Source: a virus. Taken from it: DNA of 64,000 bases. The notes below the pieces were generated by a model. The model saw only the letters and a list, made by a program, of their open reading frames with translations, had not been told where the DNA came from and ran no database searches. The number at the start of each line of letters is the position of its first letter. Position 1 is the stretch's first letter. The position numbers were made by a program, and so were the translations under genes. Where the stretch lies: IMG/VR virus record IMGVR_UViG_3300022928_001147, positions 1 to 64,000 of that record; one strand, given 5' to 3'. Shown here piece by piece: positions 1-8,063 of the stretch.

Positions 1-197
1 GTAAATTTTGGAGACGACCGGGGCATTTCAGGTTTAGCAGTCCTAAGTCTCTTCATCGTATTGAACTTGATCCTAATATTGAGCCCTGGACTTTATTTGT
101 ACCTGGTCCTAAGTTGAGAGAGTGGGGCTTTATCAAAGATGGCAATTGGGTGCAACACGAACAGTATTTGAAAGAGAAATATGAGCTCGAAAACTAA
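1..197 (+). CDS. Partial (5'-truncated) cupin-like phage protein
   Basis: Frame 3 is open from the window edge (KFWRRPGHFRFSSPKSLHRIELDPNIEPWTLFVPGPKLREWGF...ELEN*). The HR..WTLF..GP..REWGF pattern resembles phage cupin-fold proteins. Not in the supplied ORF track. Confidence 0.6.
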   Translation, partial: KFWRRPGHFRFSSPKSLHRIELDPNIEPWTLFVPGPKLREWGFIKDGNWVQHEQYLKEKYELEN

Positions 198-528
198 TCC
201 GTACATTGGTACTATGGCAGGATTTAACGGATCCTATACTACCTATACTACCTCTAATACAAATACAGGAATAGGAGCGATTAGCTCTACAAGTATTGCA
301 GATGCTAAGATTACTATCGACGGTGGTGAGAATGGTAGTATGCGTGTCGATGTTCCGTTGCTAGTAAATGGCAGAGACGTTATGCGAGAGATTGACGAAA
401 TGCGTGATGCTATGCTATTATTAAAGCGTGACGTGGATATGGAATCTAAGTATCCTAAACTGCGAGAACTAAAAGATGCTTACGAGCGTCAGTTGGAAAA
501 ATATAAAACATTCGAGGCATTGAAATGA
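181..528 (+). CDS. Hypothetical protein
   Basis: 115-aa ORF overlapping both neighbours (ATGA overlap with next gene); C-terminal helical segment. Confidence 0.7.
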   Translation: MSSKTNPYIGTMAGFNGSYTTYTTSNTNTGIGAISSTSIADAKITIDGGENGSMRVDVPLLVNGRDVMREIDEMRDAMLLLKRDVDMESKYPKLRELKDAYERQLEKYKTFEALK

Positions 529-1082
529 TTAAGAAACATTATTACAGTTGGCAAGACGTTGAGAAGATGTGTGTAAACATTGCTCTACAGATGTATAGAG
601 ATAACTGGCGTCCTGACTACATTGTAGGTATTACTAAAGGCGGCAATGTACCTGCTACTATCCTTTGTAATATGCTAGGCGTTCGCGGCGAAGCACTAAA
701 GGTTAGTTTGCGTGACGATGATCAAGGTCCAGAAAGTAACTTGTGGATGAGCGAAGATGCGTTTGGCTATGTTCCTGCAGAAGAACAAGAACAGCTAAAG
801 TGTCGATGGGATCTACACAAGCGTAAAAACATTCTTATTGTAGATGACATCAACGATACAGGTGCTACGTTTAACTGGATTAAACAGGATTGGATGAGCA
901 GTTGTTTACCTGGTGAAGATAATGCTTGGAATAGTGTCTGGGCAAATAATGTACGCTTTGCAGTTCTAACTGAAAACTTATCTAGCACATTTGACGGTGT
1001 GCGTTACAGTGTACACGAAGTTAACAAAGCAGAAGAAGACGTTTGGCTTGTATATCCTTGGGAGAATGTCAGTGAATATTGA
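525..1082 (+). CDS. Type I phosphoribosyltransferase (Gpt/Hpt-like)
   Basis: PRPP-binding motif ILIVDDINDTGAT; N-terminal IVGITKGG; C-terminal WLVYPWE. Confidence 0.9.
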   Translation: MIKKHYYSWQDVEKMCVNIALQMYRDNWRPDYIVGITKGGNVPATILCNMLGVRGEALKVSLRDDDQGPESNLWMSEDAFGYVPAEEQEQLKCRWDLHKRKNILIVDDINDTGATFNWIKQDWMSSCLPGEDNAWNSVWANNVRFAVLTENLSSTFDGVRYSVHEVNKAEEDVWLVYPWENVSEY

Positions 1083-1452
1083 TACACTTGAACTTGCTCG
1101 AACAGAAGGACGAGCACCTTGGACTAATGTAATCTATGATACACGAGACTTTGTAGTCTTTGAAGATGCATATCCTGTTACTGAAGGTCACACATTAGTT
1201 GTTCCCAAATCTAACACACAAGAAGAACTGCTCAAATGTTTTAAGTTTGCTACAGCAATGGGAAATGAAAACGTACAAGCAGAAAATAATATTACAGGTT
1301 ATAACATTGGCCTAAATATTGGTGCAAGTGCAGGACAAACTTGCATGTATCCTCATGTTCATCTTATCTTTAGACGAGATGGTGATACAAAAGATCCAAT
1401 CGGAGGCGTTCGAAACGTTATTCCAGGAATGGGAAATTATAAAGAACAATGA
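1066..1452 (+). CDS. HIT-family nucleotide hydrolase
   Basis: DAYPVTEGHTLVVPK and NIGASAGQT..YPHVHLI; start moved to ATG 1066. Confidence 0.9.
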   Translation: MSVNIDTLELARTEGRAPWTNVIYDTRDFVVFEDAYPVTEGHTLVVPKSNTQEELLKCFKFATAMGNENVQAENNITGYNIGLNIGASAGQTCMYPHVHLIFRRDGDTKDPIGGVRNVIPGMGNYKEQ

Positions 1453-2003
1453 AAGAATTAGTTCATACTACTAAGGACGGATTAGAAATAACAGTTATTG
1501 ACGATCTGTTTGACTTTAATGTTAGAAGTATATGGATGAATGCTCTATATAATTCACATTATCATTTTAGTGTATCGTACGATAGCCAAGTCACTGATTT
1601 TAAAAGTACAAGCAATCTTGGCAGTTTATGGAATGCAAAGGATTGGGACGATTTTGGGTTAGCAAGACATCCAAATTGGAAATATGTTGAACCTTATCTC
1701 GAAAATAGAAAAATACAACGTGCATGGTTAAACTTACATACTGGTAAAGAACTTTACAGATACCATGCAGATCACAGTAATCAAACAGCAAAAAGTATTT
1801 TATTTTATCCAAATCTAAAATGGGAAAGTGAATGGGACGGTCAAACGATCTTTAAATCATTAGATTTACAAGAAGTAGAATACTGTGTCGAATATGTTCC
1901 AGGACGTATTGTGATCTTTGATAGTCGTATTCCGCACAAGGCAATACATCCTAACCACGAAGCACCAAATTTTAGAACAATAATTAATGCAGTTTTTTAT
2001 TAA
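1449..2003 (+). CDS. 2OG-Fe(II) oxygenase (prolyl-hydroxylase-like)
   Basis: HxD (YHAD), WDGQT, PGRIVIFDSRIPH distal His, terminal Arg (FRT). Confidence 0.85.
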   Translation: MKELVHTTKDGLEITVIDDLFDFNVRSIWMNALYNSHYHFSVSYDSQVTDFKSTSNLGSLWNAKDWDDFGLARHPNWKYVEPYLENRKIQRAWLNLHTGKELYRYHADHSNQTAKSILFYPNLKWESEWDGQTIFKSLDLQEVEYCVEYVPGRIVIFDSRIPHKAIHPNHEAPNFRTIINAVFY

Positions 2004-2009
2004 TTACAC

Positions 2010-2038
2010 TTGACAAAACCTAAATAATCATGTATACT
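2010..2038 (+). promoter_or_regulatory. sigma70-type promoter upstream of folE
   Basis: TTGACA-N17-TATACT in the intergenic gap. Confidence 0.8.
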
Positions 2039-2084
2039 AACAGTTAGTATATAAGACATCCACGTCATTAACTCGGAGAAATAA

Positions 2085-2771
2085 ATGAGCAAAGCAGAAC
2101 AAATTAAAGCCCGTTTGCAGGACGCAGACATTCGCTATTGGGCAGGCGACAACATCAGCGAAGTCCTACAAAAGGGCGATAAAGAAGAACTTATTGAAGG
2201 TGCAACACTTGCGTTTGAGCAAGTACTAGATGCACTAGTAATTGATCGTCACAATGATCCTAACTCGCACGGTACAGCGCGGCGTCTTGCTAAAATGTAC
2301 TTTAATGAGATTATGGCAGGACGCTATGATCCTATGCCTAGTGCAACAGCATTTCCTAATGATAGCGATGATCGTTACGATGGTATGCTTGTAGTTCGTT
2401 CAGAACTTAAAAGTATGTGTAGTCATCATCACCAGCCAGTAAGCGGTGTAGCGTACATCGGTATTATTGCAGCAGACAAACTAATCGGACTTAGCAAATA
2501 CACCCGCATTGCACAGTGGTGCGCTCGACGCGGCACACTGCAAGAAGAACTTGCAAATGATATTGCACGTGAGATTCAGAAAGCAACTGATGCAGAACAC
2601 CTAGGTGTTTATATTCAAGCAACACACGGTTGCTGTGAGAATCGTGGCATTATGGCACACAGCAGTTTGACACAAACAACTGTACTAAAAGGTGCGTTTA
2701 AAACAGATGCAGGTACTAAGAAAGAGTTCTTTGACAACATTAAACTACAGCAGGAGTTTGCACCACGATGA
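2085..2771 (+). CDS. folE: GTP cyclohydrolase I
   Basis: SMCSHHHQP, GLSKYTRI, QEEL, HGCCENRG; RBS GGAG. Confidence 0.95.
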   Translation: MSKAEQIKARLQDADIRYWAGDNISEVLQKGDKEELIEGATLAFEQVLDALVIDRHNDPNSHGTARRLAKMYFNEIMAGRYDPMPSATAFPNDSDDRYDGMLVVRSELKSMCSHHHQPVSGVAYIGIIAADKLIGLSKYTRIAQWCARRGTLQEELANDIAREIQKATDAEHLGVYIQATHGCCENRGIMAHSSLTQTTVLKGAFKTDAGTKKEFFDNIKLQQEFAPR

Positions 2772-2887
2772 ATAATTTAGGAAACTATGTTGCAATAATT
2801 ATGGCAAAGGTGTTTATACTAGCATTGTTTGCTATGGGTATGATCAGTTTAGGTATTGATCTTTATACAGGAAGGTTGCCGCTATGA
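2768..2887 (+). CDS. Small membrane peptide (39 aa)
   Basis: MNNLGNYVAIIMAKVFILALFAMGMISLGIDLYTGRLPL*; ATGA overlaps on both sides; hydrophobic helix. Confidence 0.65.
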   Translation: MNNLGNYVAIIMAKVFILALFAMGMISLGIDLYTGRLPL

Positions 2888-3054
2888 AAGCTATAATTTA
2901 TATTATTACACTTCTAGTTATTATCGCAGTAGGTGTAGGCGGCTGGTATCTAAAGCGTGAAATCAATGCTTGGTTGTTCTATGACGGTGCAACACAAGAA
3001 GTTGTTTGTGAAATGGTTAAACCCGAATATTTAAAAGAAGGGGCGTGTAAATGA
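2884..3054 (+). CDS. Small membrane protein (56 aa)
   Basis: MKAIIYIITLLVIIAVGVGGWYLKREINAW...GACK*; ATGA overlap with queE. Confidence 0.7.
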   Translation: MKAIIYIITLLVIIAVGVGGWYLKREINAWLFYDGATQEVVCEMVKPEYLKEGACK

Positions 3055-3923
3055 AACTACGCTATTCAGAAGCATTTTATAGTGTACAAGGCGAAGGTGC
3101 GTATGTAGGCGTACCTAGTGTATTTCTTCGTACATACGGTTGTAACTTCCGTTGTCAGAACTTTGGTCTGCCTCGTGGACGCGAAAAAACTAGATACAAT
3201 CCAGAAGTAGAAAAACTTATCAACGATAAAGTACACGAGACTACTAAAACATTTGAAGATTTGCCGCTGGTGTTTACCGGCTGCGATACTTACGCAAGCA
3301 TCTATCCTGAATTTAAAGATCTTGTTATGGACAAGACTATTGACGAAGTAGTAGATCATTTGCTATCACTTACTCCAGAAGGTAAGTGGACTATGGATAA
3401 TGGACAGGATGTCCATTTGATTCTCACTGGCGGAGAGCCGCTACTTGCTTGGCAGCGTTTGTATATTGAGTTGTTTGAGCATCCTAGAATGAAGGACTTA
3501 CGCAATGTTACATTTGAAACAAACACTACGCAATTCTTACACGCAGAGTTTGCAGACTATCTCAAAAATCGTGCAAGATTTAAAACAACGTTTAGCTGTT
3601 CACCCAAACTCTCCGTATCTGGAGAATCTTGGACAGACGCTATTAAGCCTGATGTTGCTGCCAATTACCGTTCTGTACTTAACGCTGATATGTACTTTAA
3701 ATTTGTTGTTGCTGACAGCATTGACGTTGAAGAAGTTGATCGCGCTGTTGAAGCATATCGGGCAAATGGTATTAACTGCCCTGTATACCTTATGCCAATG
3801 GGAGGACGTACTGAAGGTTATAACCTCACCGTACAGGAAGTTGCAAAACTTGCTATGGCCAAAGGATACAGATTCACTCCGAGACTCCACATTAGCTTAT
3901 TCGGAAATGCCTGGGGTACCTGA
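3051..3923 (+). CDS. queE: 7-carboxy-7-deazaguanine synthase (radical SAM) with an insertion in the Cys motif
   Basis: EAFYSVQGEG..G.PSVFLRTYGCNFRC...GCDT, LTGGEP, FETN, SPKL, PRLH; adjacent to folE. Confidence 0.9.
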   Translation: MKLRYSEAFYSVQGEGAYVGVPSVFLRTYGCNFRCQNFGLPRGREKTRYNPEVEKLINDKVHETTKTFEDLPLVFTGCDTYASIYPEFKDLVMDKTIDEVVDHLLSLTPEGKWTMDNGQDVHLILTGGEPLLAWQRLYIELFEHPRMKDLRNVTFETNTTQFLHAEFADYLKNRARFKTTFSCSPKLSVSGESWTDAIKPDVAANYRSVLNADMYFKFVVADSIDVEEVDRAVEAYRANGINCPVYLMPMGGRTEGYNLTVQEVAKLAMAKGYRFTPRLHISLFGNAWGT

Positions 3924-3993
3924 TGAGGATTTAAAGATTCTCCGAGGTATACACACAGAAGAACAGTTTGATAAAATAAGGAAACAGATATGA
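3907..3993 (+). CDS. Possible 28-aa microprotein
   Basis: MPGVPDEDLKILRGIHTEEQFDKIRKQI* fills the gap after queE and has an ATGA overlap with the next gene. Confidence 0.4.
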   Translation: MPGVPDEDLKILRGIHTEEQFDKIRKQI

Positions 3994-4385
3994 TGGGCTG
4001 GTGGAATAAACTAGTAAGAGACAAAAAGAAGCAAGAAGAAATACAGGCGCCTGTGGAATCTACCACTGAAGATCAGCGCAGAGCAATTCTTGCAAAAGAA
4101 AAAGAAGAAGCTACTGCGGCTGGCGAGGCTTGGGTAGCTGTACTTGATACACAAATTAATCCAGATAACATTAAGAACGGTTTCTTTGAGCTCGACTGGA
4201 ATAATCAGTTTATTGAAGAATTGCTTGATGCAGGTTACAGTGGTGAAACAAATGAAGCTATTGTAGATGCATGGTTTCGTACTATTGCTATGCAAATATT
4301 GGGTGAAGAAGGACTTGACACAGCGCGAGAAATGGGTTATATTAATGTAGTACCTATTAGTAAAGGCAAAAGCGAAGTATCATGA
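3990..4385 (+). CDS. Conserved hypothetical phage protein
   Basis: 131 aa, FFELDWN..FIE.L motif, coupled to both neighbours. Confidence 0.75.
   Translation: MMGWWNKLVRDKKKQEEIQAPVESTTEDQRRAILAKEKEEATAAGEAWVAVLDTQINPDNIKNGFFELDWNNQFIEELLDAGYSGETNEAIVDAWFRTIAMQILGEEGLDTAREMGYINVVPISKGKSEVS
4315..4343 (+). promoter_or_regulatory. Gene-internal sigma70-type promoter for the nuclease gene
   Basis: TTGACA-N17-TATATT about 40 nt upstream of ATG 4382. Confidence 0.6.
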
Positions 4386-5371
4386 GCACATATATTTTAG
4401 TAGACACAGCAAACACATTCTTTAGAGCTCGTCACGTAGTTCGTGGCGATATCGACACGAAAGTAGGCATGGCGCTACACATTACACTTAACAGTGTTAA
4501 GAAAGCATGGACTGACTTTAATGCAGATCACGTTGTATTCTGTTTAGAAGGTCGTAGCTGGCGTAAGGACTTTTACGAACCTTACAAGCGCAATCGACAA
4601 GTTGCACGTGACAAGTTGTCTCCTACAGAAGCAGAAGAAGATACAGCATTTTGGGAAATCTTTGACGAGTTTAAAAACTTTGTTACTGAGAAGACTAACT
4701 GTACTGTTATGCGTCATCCGCAACTAGAAGCAGATGATTTGATTGCAGGTTGGGTACAAATGCACCCTAATGACACTCATGTTATTATTAGTACAGATGG
4801 CGATTTTGCACAACTTATTGCACCTAACGTAAAACAGTATAACGGTGTTAGTAACACTATTATTACACACGAAGGGTACTTTGACGATAAGAAGCGTGAG
4901 CCTATTATTGATAAGAAGACTGGCGAGGCAAAGCCTGCACCTAATCCTAAATGGCAAATCTTTGAAAAGTGTATGCGTGGTGATACTAGTGATAATGTAT
5001 TTTCTGCTTATCCAGGTGTACGTGTTAAAGGTACTAAAAACAAAGTTGGTCTTACAGAAGCGTTTGAAGATAAAGAAACAAAAGGCTTTAACTGGAACAA
5101 CATGATGTTGCAGCGTTGGACTGATCATGAAGGTGTTGAACATCGTGTACTAGATGATTACAATCGTAATGTAGTGTTGTGTGATTTAACTGCACAACCT
5201 GCAGAGATTAGAGAACTAATTACTAGTACAATTAAAGAGCATGCTGTACCTAAGACAGTAGATCAAGTAGGCATGCGTCTTATGAAATTCTGCGCTAAGT
5301 GGGATATGCAACGTATTGCAGATCAAGCTACTTATTATGCAGAGCCACTAAATGCGAGGTATCCGGCATGA
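4382..5371 (+). CDS. rnh: T4-type RNase H / 5'-3' flap exonuclease
   Basis: ILVD..N, SWRKDFYEPYKRNR, EADDLIA, ISTDGDFAQL, GDTSDNV. Confidence 0.9.
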   Translation: MSTYILVDTANTFFRARHVVRGDIDTKVGMALHITLNSVKKAWTDFNADHVVFCLEGRSWRKDFYEPYKRNRQVARDKLSPTEAEEDTAFWEIFDEFKNFVTEKTNCTVMRHPQLEADDLIAGWVQMHPNDTHVIISTDGDFAQLIAPNVKQYNGVSNTIITHEGYFDDKKREPIIDKKTGEAKPAPNPKWQIFEKCMRGDTSDNVFSAYPGVRVKGTKNKVGLTEAFEDKETKGFNWNNMMLQRWTDHEGVEHRVLDDYNRNVVLCDLTAQPAEIRELITSTIKEHAVPKTVDQVGMRLMKFCAKWDMQRIADQATYYAEPLNARYPA

Positions 5372-5826
5372 ATGCAAAAGAAATTATCAAGAATAAATTT
5401 TGGATTGTAGAAGATCAAGGTGTTAAATTTGGCACTATTAGTTTGAATGAAGATCAGTACATTCTAAGTACCCCAACAGGTACTAAGTTTTATCATAGTG
5501 AAAAGCAACTTACTAAAGCACTTGATAAAAAACTTAGTTGGACTGATTTAGAAATTACAGAAACATCAGCAAAAGAAGTACATGGTTATGCAACTAATAG
5601 TGTACCGTTTAATCCGATGTTTGATGTAAAACGCAAATTGCCGTTGTTTACTAAAAGTGACAAGAGCAAGAGTCTTTATTGTGCAGGCTACTACATTATC
5701 CAATTTGAAAAAGGCTGGGTTAAGAGCTTTTGTCCTAAATTGATTACTGTAGAACGTTACACTACTAAAGGTCCTTTTAAAACTGAAATTGAAATGCGTC
5801 AGGAGTTAAGCCGTGTCAACCGTTGA
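5368..5826 (+). CDS. Conserved hypothetical phage protein
   Basis: Start re-assigned to MNAKEI (ATGA overlap with rnh). Confidence 0.75.
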   Translation: MNAKEIIKNKFWIVEDQGVKFGTISLNEDQYILSTPTGTKFYHSEKQLTKALDKKLSWTDLEITETSAKEVHGYATNSVPFNPMFDVKRKLPLFTKSDKSKSLYCAGYYIIQFEKGWVKSFCPKLITVERYTTKGPFKTEIEMRQELSRVNR

Positions 5827-6055
5827 ACCAATTAACACTAATCCTATTCAGCAGTTTATTAGTCAGGTCAAAAGTGCAGATGCAAGTAACCAGCGAGAAG
5901 TTAAATTAAATATTGAGCAAGCTCGTCGACTAGCATTTACACTTGGAGAAGTAATGACACGCTTAAACGGCGATTTAGAAGCCCTGCTAGTGAAGAAAAC
6001 TAGTGGTGCTGATGAAGTTATTTCTATTACAATGGACGGCGGAAACAAGTGGTAA
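5813..6055 (+). CDS. Hypothetical protein
   Basis: 80 aa; RBS AGGAG; GTG start. Confidence 0.7.
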   Translation: MSTVEPINTNPIQQFISQVKSADASNQREVKLNIEQARRLAFTLGEVMTRLNGDLEALLVKKTSGADEVISITMDGGNKW

Positions 6056-6072
6056 TTTTGCTCTAAAAAGAG

Positions 6073-6110
6073 ATAAATATATGCGTAGTTAATTAAAGGA
6101 CAACGCATAT
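6073..6110 (+). promoter_or_regulatory. Late-type promoter (ATAAATA) plus RBS-occluding hairpin
   Basis: ATAAATA at 6073-6079; inverted repeat ATATGCGT(A)GTT / GAC(A)ACGCATAT at 6079-6110 encloses AAGGA. Confidence 0.65.
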
Positions 6111-6111
6111 T

Positions 6112-6399
6112 ATGAGCAGACCAAAGCCGACTATTTTAAAAGAGCATGTGGACAAGAAGACTTATAAGACCGAACAGGTGTTACAGTCTGATGCCATTTG
6201 GGCTGTGTTTTTTCAAAATCAGCCCTTTAATCTTAAAAGTGCAAATATGCTTACGAGCTATCCGGGCCCTAAGTATAAAAAGACCAGCTTTTCGAATCCT
6301 GGTCACGCATTCAATCTAGCTAAAAAGCTAAACAACTTATTCGATAGTGATGAATTTACTGTAGTTAAACTTACCGCAGGTGAAACGATTTTCGAATGA
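6112..6399 (+). CDS. Conserved hypothetical phage protein
   Basis: 95 aa, MSRPKP...GPKYKKTSFSNPGHA. Confidence 0.8.
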   Translation: MSRPKPTILKEHVDKKTYKTEQVLQSDAIWAVFFQNQPFNLKSANMLTSYPGPKYKKTSFSNPGHAFNLAKKLNNLFDSDEFTVVKLTAGETIFE

Positions 6400-6803
6400 A
6401 CTGGAAAGAAACATACACTAAGGTATTCCTTAAGGCTGCTGATAAAAGCATTAGCGAATTGGCCATTAAGGAATACCTTCCTGTTTGGTGGAAGAACACA
6501 AGAGCAAAAGACACTGGCGGTCTTAGATTAACAGACGAAGGATTTCGTTTTATTACAGAAGACATAGAATTAACTACTTATGAAGTTCCGTTTCCAGCTG
6601 ATTTTGAACTTACTACTAACGTAGTAATTTGGATGGATAACTTTATCGATTGTCCGTACTACTTAGGCAAGCATGGCATTATAGTAACAAACGAGAAAAA
6701 GGCCATGGAATTACACCTGTTCAGCGGCGACATACGCAAGTATGGACTAACAAAAGCACTAGGCAGGCATAAAAAAGATGATTTAGACACCAAAAGTGGT
6801 TGA
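6396..6803 (+). CDS. Hypothetical protein
   Basis: 135 aa; ATGA overlap; GGLRLTDEG motif. Confidence 0.75.
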   Translation: MNWKETYTKVFLKAADKSISELAIKEYLPVWWKNTRAKDTGGLRLTDEGFRFITEDIELTTYEVPFPADFELTTNVVIWMDNFIDCPYYLGKHGIIVTNEKKAMELHLFSGDIRKYGLTKALGRHKKDDLDTKSG

Positions 6804-6827
6804 CCTTTACTGCTACGATGCTATACT
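6800..6827 (+). promoter_or_regulatory. sigma70-type promoter (extended -10)
   Basis: TTGACC-N16-TATACT with TGn upstream of the -10. Confidence 0.65.
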
Positions 6828-6874
6828 ATATACATAGTTAGAAACAAGCACTGATAACTTTAAAGGAACACAAA

Positions 6875-7960
6875 ATGGAAAACTCCGCACTTCGTACCGT
6901 TACTCCTAACAGCGCAAAGAAAAGCATTGTACGTGCTTTTAAGAAAAAGCGTCCGCTGTTTATTTGGGGTCCTCCGGGCATTGGTAAATCAGACATCGTT
7001 CACCAGATTGGTGAGCAGATGGAAGCTAAGGTTATTGACATTCGTCTAAGCCTTTGGGAACCTACAGACATTAAAGGTATCCCTTACTTTGATCCAAATC
7101 AGAACAAAATGGTTTGGGGCGCTCCAAGCGAACTGCCTGATGCTGAAATGGCATCACAGCACAAATACATCATTCTTTTCCTAGACGAAATGAACTCGGC
7201 AGCGCCAGCAGTACAAGCGGCAGCATACCAGCTCATTCTTAACCGCAAGGTTGGACAATACACATTGCCCGACAACGTGTTGATTGTTGCCGCTGGTAAC
7301 CGCGAAGCAGATAAAGGTGTTACTTATCGTATGCCTGCTCCGTTGGCTAACCGTTTCGTTCACTTGGAATTAGCTGTTAACTTTGATGACTGGTTCCAAT
7401 GGGCAGTTGACAACAAAGTACACCGCGATGTTGTAGGTTACTTGACCTTCAGCAAGAAAGACTTGTATGACTTTGATCCTAAGTCACCAAGCCGTTCGTT
7501 CGCAACACCCCGTTCGTGGTCGTTTGTTTCAGAACTACTGGAAGATGACGATGATGACAACACTACTACCGATTTGGTTAGTGGCGCAGTAGGCGAAGGT
7601 CTTGCTGTGAAATTTATGGCGCACCGCAAAGTGTCGGCAACTATGCCTAATCCGACTGATATTTTGGACGGCAAAGTTAAAGAGATGAAGACAAAAGAGA
7701 TCAGTGCAATGTATTCCTTGACTGTCTCGCTCTGTTACGAACTGAAAGAAGCATGTGATAAAAATGACAAGAAGTTCGATGACAAAGTAAACAACTTCCT
7801 ACGCTTTGCAATGGATAACTTTGAAACTGAGTTGGTTGTTATGGGCATTAAACTTGCTCTTACACAATACTCACTACCGATTGACCCAGATGAAGTAGAA
7901 TGTTTTGATGAGTTTCACGAGCGTTTTGGTAAGTATATTACTGCCGCACAACGAGGCTAA
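6875..7960 (+). CDS. MoxR-like AAA+ ATPase
   Basis: Walker A GPPGIGKS, Walker B LFLDE, AAGN sensor, LANRF Arg finger, TPRSW; next to a vWA gene. Confidence 0.9.
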   Translation: MENSALRTVTPNSAKKSIVRAFKKKRPLFIWGPPGIGKSDIVHQIGEQMEAKVIDIRLSLWEPTDIKGIPYFDPNQNKMVWGAPSELPDAEMASQHKYIILFLDEMNSAAPAVQAAAYQLILNRKVGQYTLPDNVLIVAAGNREADKGVTYRMPAPLANRFVHLELAVNFDDWFQWAVDNKVHRDVVGYLTFSKKDLYDFDPKSPSRSFATPRSWSFVSELLEDDDDDNTTTDLVSGAVGEGLAVKFMAHRKVSATMPNPTDILDGKVKEMKTKEISAMYSLTVSLCYELKEACDKNDKKFDDKVNNFLRFAMDNFETELVVMGIKLALTQYSLPIDPDEVECFDEFHERFGKYITAAQRG

Positions 7961-8003
7961 CCATAAAAGAGCTGGGCAATCTCTTAAAAATGCCCATTTT
8001 TAC

Positions 8004-8032
8004 TTGACTTATGACCCTATCTAGTATATAAT
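8004..8032 (+). promoter_or_regulatory. sigma70-type promoter
   Basis: TTGACT-N17-TATAAT. Confidence 0.8.
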
Positions 8033-8063
8033 ATATACATACAAAGAAACAGGAGATAGTACT

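Noticed and set aside
3505-3993. 162-aa ORF overlapping queE
   Set aside because: Alternative frame of queE; only the last 28 codons (from ATG 3907) are plausibly real
7973-8001. TGGGCA...TGCCCA-TTTTT possible terminator after the MoxR gene
   Set aside because: Only a 6-bp stem with a 12-nt loop; plausible but too weak to call
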